Source: Flaviflexus sp.
Lineage (GTDB): Bacteria > Actinomycetota > Actinomycetes > Actinomycetales > Actinomycetaceae
Assembly: GCF_041440645.1 (NCBI RefSeq)
Contig: NZ_JASDVN010000047.1
Coordinates: 2,660 to 66,659 of the forward strand
DNA: 64,000 bases
Direction: 5' to 3'
Below the pieces are notes generated by a model. That model was not told the DNA's origin, did no database searches, and saw nothing but the letters and a program-made list of their open reading frames with translations. Shown here one piece after another: positions 58,318-64,000 of this stretch (position 1 is its first letter; each line of letters begins with the position of its first letter). Made by a program: the position numbers and the translations under genes.

Positions 58318-58908
58318 CTAGGCGGTGAGGCCGAGCCAGTGGTGCCAGCCGTTGTGAAGCACCAGCCACGCAAGCAGGCCATATCCCGCCTGCTGAGGCG
58401 TGTAGGAACCGGGCTGAGCCATGTCGGTCTGCCACTGATCGTGCGAAGCGAGCGGATGGTAGGTGTCGACGTAGGGGACGCCGCGGCGCTCAGCAACGTC
58501 ACGGTAAGCGTTCGATAGGTCGCTCAGGTCCTTTGCTGGGACGTCGCTACGGGGCGGGGGACCCACAATGAAGGACTTCATCTGGTGGCGGGTTGCCTGA
58601 TCGAGAACGTTGGCGAGGTTGAGCCGGGCACGGATGAGGGAAATGCCGTGGTCGAGATCGTGGGAACCCATGCCAATGACGAGGCGGTTATCGGCCTCGG
58701 ATGAGTAGCGGGCCATGACCTCCGGTTCCCACCGGTCAGCAAGCTGCTTGGAGTCCTCACCGGGTACGGGAAGAACCATGGCGGTGAGGGGAATGGGGGA
58801 GTCTGTACGCGCAAGCACGCGTCCCGTCCACCCCATTGCGCGCGCGTCACCGCGCCCGGCAACGAGTTCGTCACCAACGACCATGATCCGTAATTCCTCT
58901 GTACTCAC
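58318..58908 (-). CDS. SGNH/GDSL-fold protein with degenerate catalytic motifs
   Basis: Block I reads VVGDELVAG (Ser replaced by Glu). Block III reads GMGSHD (Asn replaced by His). Block V reads GSYTPQQAGYGLLA (DxxH lost). Start is GTG 58908 or ATG 58884. Confidence 0.65.
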   Translation of the reverse strand: MSTEELRIMVVGDELVAGRGDARAMGWTGRVLARTDSPIPLTAMVLPVPGEDSKQLADRWEPEVMARYSSEADNRLVIGMGSHDLDHGISLIRARLNLANVLDQATRHQMKSFIVGPPPRSDVPAKDLSDLSNAYRDVAERRGVPYVDTYHPLASHDQWQTDMAQPGSYTPQQAGYGLLAWLVLHNGWHHWLGLTA

Positions 58909-58930
58909 CTTTCCAAGTCTCTCATAAGGA

Positions 58931-58960
58931 ACCGCTGGCGGCCCGGGGGCCGCCAGCGGT
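58931..58960 (-). terminator. Hairpin terminator after kgd
   Basis: ACCGCTGGCGGCC/GGCCGCCAGCGGT: 13-bp perfect stem, 4-nt loop. The minus-strand tail is TCCTTATG (weak U-tract). Confidence 0.6.
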
Positions 58961-58986
58961 GTGTCAGAGTAAAGCAGGCGCTGTTT

Positions 58987-61900
58987 CTAGCGCTGGAACG
59001 CCTTCTCCATCAGTTCCTTGTTCTGCGCAATGTGCCTGGTCGACAGTCCCGTGGAAGGCGATGCTGCGGCGGGGCGGGACACGACCCGGACCTGACCGAT
59101 CTCGGGGAACACGTTGAGCGCGAGGTGCGGCCACGGGCCTTGATTGGTGGGTTCGTCCTGCACCCACACGAGCTCAGCATCGCCGTAGGGAGCGATGGCT
59201 TCCTTGATCTCCTCGACCGGCTCAGGGTAGAGGCGTTCGACGCGAACGATTGCCGTGTTGGCATCGCCGCGCTTCTCGCGTGCCTCGACCAGGTCGTAGT
59301 AGATGCGACCGGAGCAGAGGAGAACCCGGTTGACCTTCTCCGGATCCAGGTTCTGATCGACCTCGCCGATGACGGGCTTGAAGCCGCCGGTCGTGAAGTC
59401 CTCGATCGCGGACTGTGCGGCCTTGCGGCGGAGTAGCTGCTTCGGTGTGAACACGATGAGCGGCTTGCGGGGGCGGGCGTATGCCTGTGTGCGCAGAGCG
59501 TGGAAGTAGTTCGCCGGCGTGGATGGTTGGATGACGATCATGTTCTCTTCCGCGCACAGTTGCAGGTAGCGCTCGATGCGGCCTGAGGAGTGGTCGGGTC
59601 CCTGCCCCTCGTAGCCGTGGGGGAGGAGCATGACGAGGGAGGAGTTCTGGTTCCACTTCTGTTCAGCGGAACTGATGAACTCATCGATGATGGTCTGCGC
59701 GCCGTTCGCGAAGTCACCGAACTGGGCTTCCCACAGGACGAGAGCGTCCGGGCGCTCCACCGAGTAGCCGTACTCGAAACCAAGAACCGCGTACTCGGAC
59801 AGGGATGAGTCGTACAGCCAGAGCTTGGCCTGATCCTCGGTCAGGTGGCGGAGCGGAACCCACTCGGCACCCGTGTTGAGGTCGTGAGCCGTGGCGTGAC
59901 GCTGGACGAAGGTGCCGCGGCGCGAATCCTGGCCAGACATGCGGACCGGGGTCTGCTCGATGAGAAGCGAACCGAAGGCAATGAGCTCGGCAAAGCCCCA
60001 GTCGATGTTGCCCTCGACCGCCATCTTCGCCCTGCGTTCGAATAGCTGACCGACCTTCGGGTGGATGGTGAAGCCCTCCGGTGCGCGCACGTGCGCCTCG
60101 CCGATGCGGGCGATGACATCCGGGGTGGTGGCCGACGTCCAACCAACGATCGTGCCAGCATCCTCTTGCTGCGAGGCAGGAAGCTCGAGGCCGGCAACCG
60201 TGTCCGGATTGTCAACGTGCGGGTATCCGTAACCGGTTTCCTTCTCGGATTCGCGCACCTCATCGAAGGCCGCGGACAGGAGGTTGTGGAAGTCGGTTTC
60301 CAGTTCCTCGACCTGTGCGTCCGTGAGGGCGCCGCGACCGAGGAGGGCCTCGGTGTAGAGCTGACGCGGGGTCCGCTTGGACTCGATGAGCCCGTACATG
60401 ACAGGCTGGGTCATCGACGGATCGTCGCCCTCGTTGTGGCCGCGCTTGCGGTAGCAGACCATGTCGATGATGACGTCCTTGTGGAAGGTCTCGCGATACT
60501 CGAACGCGAGCCGGGCCACCTCGGTGACCGACTCGGGGTCATCGCCATTGACATGGAAGATGGGGAGCTGGAGGCCCTTGGCGATGTCGGTCGGGTAGTA
60601 GGAGGACCTGCCGGACGCCGGTGAGGTCGTGAACCCGATCTGGTTGTTCACGATGATGTGGACGGTGCCACCCGTGCGGTAGCCGCGCAGCTGGCTGTAG
60701 TTCAGGGTCTCGGTGACAACGCCCTGACCGGAAAACGCAGCATCGCCGTGAATGAGGACCGGGAGAACGGAGAAGCCGTGCTCGCCAAGGTCGATACGGT
60801 CCTGCTTGGCTCGGACAACGCCCTCGAGTACGCCATCGGCTGCCTCGAGGTGTGACGGATTCGCGGCCAGGTATACGTCCGTGGACGAACCGGAGCGAGC
60901 CGTGTACGTTTCCTCAGTGCCGAGGTGGTATTTGACGTCGCCCGTGCCCTGCACGGAGCGGGGATCCTGGGTGCCGTCGAACTCGGTGAAGACCTGCTTG
61001 TAGGACTTGCCGGCGATGTTGGTCAGCACGTTCAAGCGGCCGCGGTGCGCCATGGCGATCGCAACTTCCTCAAGTCCCGAGTCGGCAGCCGAGTCGAGGA
61101 TGGCATCGAGCAACGGAATCAGGGATTCACCGCCCTCGAGGGAGAAGCGCTTCTGACCGACGTACTTAGTTTGAAGGAAGGTCTCGAAAGCCTCTGCCTC
61201 GTTGAGCTTGCGCAGGATCTGAAGGCGATCATCGGCGGTGAGCTCAATGTGGGGGCGTTCGAGACGAGCCTGGAACCACTCGCGCTGCGCGGGATCTTGT
61301 ATGTGCATGTACTCGATGCCGATGTTGCGGCAGTACGACTCTCTGAGCTGATCGATGATATCGCGCAGGAGCAGGTGCGAGGTGCCTGCGAAGCCGCCGG
61401 TCGGGAACGACCGATCCAGATCCCAGAGGGTCAGGCCGTAGCGGGTGATGTCGAGATCGGGGTGGCGCCGGTTGCGGAACGCGAGCGGATCCGTGTCGGC
61501 AATGAGGTGTCCGCGGGACCGGTAGGCGTGAATGAGTTCGGCAATGTGGGCGGGCTTGCCCAGTTCACGCTCAACGTCATACTCGATGTCCTTCTGCCAG
61601 CGCACGGGCTCGTAGGGCACGTGCAGGGAAGTGAACACGCGGTCGTAGAAGCCGTCGCGGCCGGTCAGCTTCTCCTCGATCGCACGCAGGAACTCGCCGG
61701 AGGCGGCACCCTGAATGATGCGGTGATCGTAGGTGGAGGTAAGCGTGAGAACTCGGGACACACCCATGCGTGCCAGCGCCTTGTCCGAAGAACCTGCGAA
61801 CTCTGCGGGGTAGTTCATTGCGCCAACGCCAACGATCGTGCCCTGCCCGTTCATGAGACGGGGGATCGAGTGTACGGTACCGATGCCACCCGGGTTCGTC

Positions 61901-62787
61901 AGGGTCGCAGTCGTGCCCTGGAAGTCCTCCACGCCCAGGTTGTTGTTGCGGGCCTTGTTGACGAGTTCCTCGTAGGCGCCCCAGAACTCAACGAAGTCCA
62001 TGGTCTCTGCAGCCTTGACCGAAGGGACAACGAGGCTACGGGTGCCATCGGGCTTCGGCAGATCAACAGCGAGACCGAAGTTGACGTGCGCGGGCTCGAA
62101 CACGGCGGGCTTGCCGTCCTCTGTGTGAGCGAACGCGCGGTTCATGTCCGGGACCTCGACGAGGGCCTCGACCATGGCGTAGCCGATGAGGTGGGTGAAG
62201 GAGACCTTGCCGCCACGGCTGTGCTTGAGGTGGGTGTTGATGACCGAACGGTTTTCGAACATGACCTTGGCGGGTATGGCTCGCACGGAGGTGGCGGTCG
62301 GAATCGACAGCGACGCCTCCATGTTCGTCACGGTGCGTGCCGCTGCGCCCCTGAGCTTAGTGGTCGAGTCCGAGCCATCATCTGCGGACGGAGCCAAGTC
62401 GTACTGTTCCGCGTACGGAGTGGTGGCGGGTACCGCGACCACCGTCGGGGCGGGGGGAAGGTCCGACCTCACCTGGGACTGATCGGAAGCGGACTGCCTG
62501 CTGTCGGGCTTCTGCTGGGCCTTGCGAGCCGAATCGCTCTGCTTCGCTGGCTTCTGCTCGACTGCTTCCTTGGGAGCGGATTCGCTCGGGGTCTTTGGAG
62601 TCTTCTGGGAGGAGGCGGAAGGGACGTCAACCGTAGCTTCACGCCCTTCCTTTTCCCAACGTCGGAACAGCTCGCGCCACTGCGGCTGTACGGCTCCACG
62701 ATCCTGGAGATACTCGGCATACAGTTCGTCGATGAACCATTGATTCGCGCCGAAATCCTCGTCCGGTCGTACGTTTTTGTCGGACAC
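58987..62787 (-). CDS. kgd: Multifunctional 2-oxoglutarate decarboxylase/dehydrogenase E1 fused to a succinyltransferase-like domain
   Basis: About 1266 aa. N-terminal FGANQWFIDELY, an E2-type acyltransferase core (TSTYDHRIIQGA) and a ThDP E1 domain (HGDAAFSGQGVV, LPHGYEGQGPDHSS). GTG 62787 is chosen over the ORF-track start 62865. Confidence 0.93.
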   Translation of the reverse strand: MSDKNVRPDEDFGANQWFIDELYAEYLQDRGAVQPQWRELFRRWEKEGREATVDVPSASSQKTPKTPSESAPKEAVEQKPAKQSDSARKAQQKPDSRQSASDQSQVRSDLPPAPTVVAVPATTPYAEQYDLAPSADDGSDSTTKLRGAAARTVTNMEASLSIPTATSVRAIPAKVMFENRSVINTHLKHSRGGKVSFTHLIGYAMVEALVEVPDMNRAFAHTEDGKPAVFEPAHVNFGLAVDLPKPDGTRSLVVPSVKAAETMDFVEFWGAYEELVNKARNNNLGVEDFQGTTATLTNPGGIGTVHSIPRLMNGQGTIVGVGAMNYPAEFAGSSDKALARMGVSRVLTLTSTYDHRIIQGAASGEFLRAIEEKLTGRDGFYDRVFTSLHVPYEPVRWQKDIEYDVERELGKPAHIAELIHAYRSRGHLIADTDPLAFRNRRHPDLDITRYGLTLWDLDRSFPTGGFAGTSHLLLRDIIDQLRESYCRNIGIEYMHIQDPAQREWFQARLERPHIELTADDRLQILRKLNEAEAFETFLQTKYVGQKRFSLEGGESLIPLLDAILDSAADSGLEEVAIAMAHRGRLNVLTNIAGKSYKQVFTEFDGTQDPRSVQGTGDVKYHLGTEETYTARSGSSTDVYLAANPSHLEAADGVLEGVVRAKQDRIDLGEHGFSVLPVLIHGDAAFSGQGVVTETLNYSQLRGYRTGGTVHIIVNNQIGFTTSPASGRSSYYPTDIAKGLQLPIFHVNGDDPESVTEVARLAFEYRETFHKDVIIDMVCYRKRGHNEGDDPSMTQPVMYGLIESKRTPRQLYTEALLGRGALTDAQVEELETDFHNLLSAAFDEVRESEKETGYGYPHVDNPDTVAGLELPASQQEDAGTIVGWTSATTPDVIARIGEAHVRAPEGFTIHPKVGQLFERRAKMAVEGNIDWGFAELIAFGSLLIEQTPVRMSGQDSRRGTFVQRHATAHDLNTGAEWVPLRHLTEDQAKLWLYDSSLSEYAVLGFEYGYSVERPDALVLWEAQFGDFANGAQTIIDEFISSAEQKWNQNSSLVMLLPHGYEGQGPDHSSGRIERYLQLCAEENMIVIQPSTPANYFHALRTQAYARPRKPLIVFTPKQLLRRKAAQSAIEDFTTGGFKPVIGEVDQNLDPEKVNRVLLCSGRIYYDLVEAREKRGDANTAIVRVERLYPEPVEEIKEAIAPYGDAELVWVQDEPTNQGPWPHLALNVFPEIGQVRVVSRPAAASPSTGLSTRHIAQNKELMEKAFQR

Positions 62788-63318
62788 TTTTGGTCGCCCT
62801 ACTTTCGAGGTGTGTGAAATGCGGAACGTGTCCAGTTTAGGTGACCGACATGACAGACATCTCATTGGACGCGGATTTTGATCCCAAAATTCTGCCTGCT
62901 GGAGCCATTTTTATCGCACCGTCAAGAGTGAGTCACGATTATGTCTTACCAAGTACATGCAAGCCTCACTTTCTGTCCTGTTTTCGCTACCAAAAATGGA
63001 CCAAATATAGTGACGAGTTTTTGCCGCGGGAATCGTATGGCTCTGGCCGTCAGTTTCTGCTGATTCGAACCGCGGGTAACCGGACGACGTCGGAGTCCGT
63101 AGTACAGACAACTGAGAGGAGAAAGCCCTGGAGTAGAGGGCCTAACTCGTCGTCAGGGTCTCGACGGACATCGTTCTCTAGGACTCCTGAGAGTTCGGGA
63201 GAGAGTGCCTCTGCGAGAGGGCAACAAGGTGCGACCGAGCCTGTGACCTCGGCCTTGCCTGCGGCCTTTTTGCGGATTGCGTGAGGAGAGGAGAAAAGAT
63301 CGCGGTACCATCTGGCAC

Positions 63319-64000
63319 ATGGACTATCTCCTACTGCTCTTCGGAGTCGTACTCACCGCTGGAACTGCCGTGTTCGTGGCAGCCGAGTTTTCGCTCGTCG
63401 CACTCGACCCAGGAACGATTGAACGCAAGGCGCGGGATGGTGATCAGCGGGCCGCCTCTGCACTAAAAGGACTGAAGAAACTCTCACTTGAGCTCTCGTC
63501 CGCTCAGGTCGGAATCACGATCACGACGATCCTTCTTGGCTACACGTCGCAGCAGGCACTTGCGAACCTCCTCAAGGGGCCGTTGGAGTCCGCGGGAGCC
63601 GCTGAGGCGGCCGCGACCGGCATCGCCGTCGTCATCTCCCTCATAGTCATCAACCTGTTCTCCATGCTCTTCGGCGAACTGGTGCCCAAGAACTTTGCGC
63701 TCTCCGATCCGCTCACGACGGCAGGATTTGTCACCCCGATCCAGGGCGCGTTCACGAAGCTTCTCCGCCCCCTCATCGTGGGCCTCAACTCCTCCGCCAA
63801 CTGGATCATCCGCAAGTTCGGCATTGAACCCGCCGAGGAGCTCTCCGGTGCACGGTCCACGACGGAACTCGTGGCTCTCGTCCGTCGCAGTGCCAAGATG
63901 GGGACCCTCGATATTTCAACGGCACGCCTGCTCACTCGGTCCATTGGTATCGGCAGGCTCACGGCCGTGGACGTCATGACTGACCGCGGCCGAGTGAAGT
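63319..64000 (+). CDS. CNNM/CorC-family (DUF21-CBS, hemolysin-like) membrane protein, 5' partial (runs off the window)
   Basis: MDYLLLLFGVVLTAGTAVFVAAEFSLVAL ... GELVPKNFAL (DUF21 domain), then the start of a CBS pair (LTAVDVMTDR). Open to the window end, so absent from the ORF track. Confidence 0.85.
   Translation, partial: MDYLLLLFGVVLTAGTAVFVAAEFSLVALDPGTIERKARDGDQRAASALKGLKKLSLELSSAQVGITITTILLGYTSQQALANLLKGPLESAGAAEAAATGIAVVISLIVINLFSMLFGELVPKNFALSDPLTTAGFVTPIQGAFTKLLRPLIVGLNSSANWIIRKFGIEPAEELSGARSTTELVALVRRSAKMGTLDISTARLLTRSIGIGRLTAVDVMTDRGRVK

Noticed and set aside
63058-63078. tRNA-like T-loop motif GGTTCGAATC on the minus strand.
   Set aside because: The flanking bases do not form a T-stem (GG is opposed by CA). 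No acceptor or anticodon arms can be drawn, so this is not a tRNA or tRNA fragment that I can support.
63110-63235. Partial resemblance to the yybP-ykoY Mn2+ riboswitch (CUGGAGUAG versus GGGGAGUAG) and to M-box segments (UAGG..CUCCUG, AAGGUG).
   Set aside because: These are only short, imperfect matches. The conserved four-way-junction or three-helix architecture could not be reconstructed by eye. It is kept only as an unclassified structured leader in the findings.
62841-63284. 147-aa ORF, and the antisense 62911-63111 ORF, in the kgd-CNNM intergenic region.
   Set aside because: There is no SD and the composition changes from AT-rich to GC-rich along the ORF. The translation is low-complexity and Ser/Arg-rich. 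The region is better explained as promoters plus a structured leader.
1-64000. Window-wide look for CRISPR arrays, IS elements or transposases, toxin-antitoxin pairs, defense islands, biosynthetic gene clusters, and rRNA or tRNA genes.
   Set aside because: None were seen. All repeats are short, with at most 5 units and no spacers. Every large ORF has a housekeeping or respiratory assignment or is a membrane hypothetical. There is no obvious compositional island apart from short AT-rich promoter regions.

Overview
GC-rich actinobacterial chromosomal core segment with strong G/C bias at codon position 3. It is almost entirely coding, about 75 genes, many joined by ATGA/GTGA start-stop overlaps. 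Left to right: SorC-type regulator, GNAT acetyltransferase, mutY, a membrane protein, radA, trkA-trkH, a small HTH gene plus ribosomal micro-protein bS22, a glutaredoxin-like protein, MarR and a histidine phosphatase. Next come System II cytochrome c maturation genes (TlpA/ResA-like, ccdA, resB, ccsA), four uncharacterised envelope proteins, and the menaquinone pathway (menA, menE, menB, menC, menD, menF, menG, a MenJ-like reductase). The men genes are interrupted by an HtrA-like protease and by a complete nuoA-N operon, which is followed by a polyprenyl diphosphate synthase. The window ends with secA, an Rv3235-family protein, a second small HTH, hisN-like phosphatase, rsgA, aroA, a DoxX-like protein, nagB-nagA, sigH-rshA, ribosomal micro-protein bL37, a hypothetical protein, a degenerate SGNH-fold protein, kgd/odhA and the 5' part of a CNNM/CorC-family gene. 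I found no rRNA, tRNA, CRISPR array, transposase, integrase or prophage signature. I also found no convincing new multi-gene system; this looks like an ordinary housekeeping and respiratory region. The observations most worth a second look are small-scale. (1) The essential N-terminal PGSKS motif of aroA lies upstream of every canonical start codon. (2) Two tiny ribosomal protein genes are absent from the ORF track. (3) A phased 5 x 18 bp repeat array sits between the hisN stop and its terminator. (4) A roughly 300-nt structured leader with mutually exclusive hairpins precedes the CNNM gene. (5) An SGNH-fold protein has lost the catalytic Ser/Asn/His positions. (6) A textbook SigH/SigR-type promoter lies in front of sigH. 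Product calls rest on motifs read in the translations and on remembered family knowledge and synteny. No database search was run.
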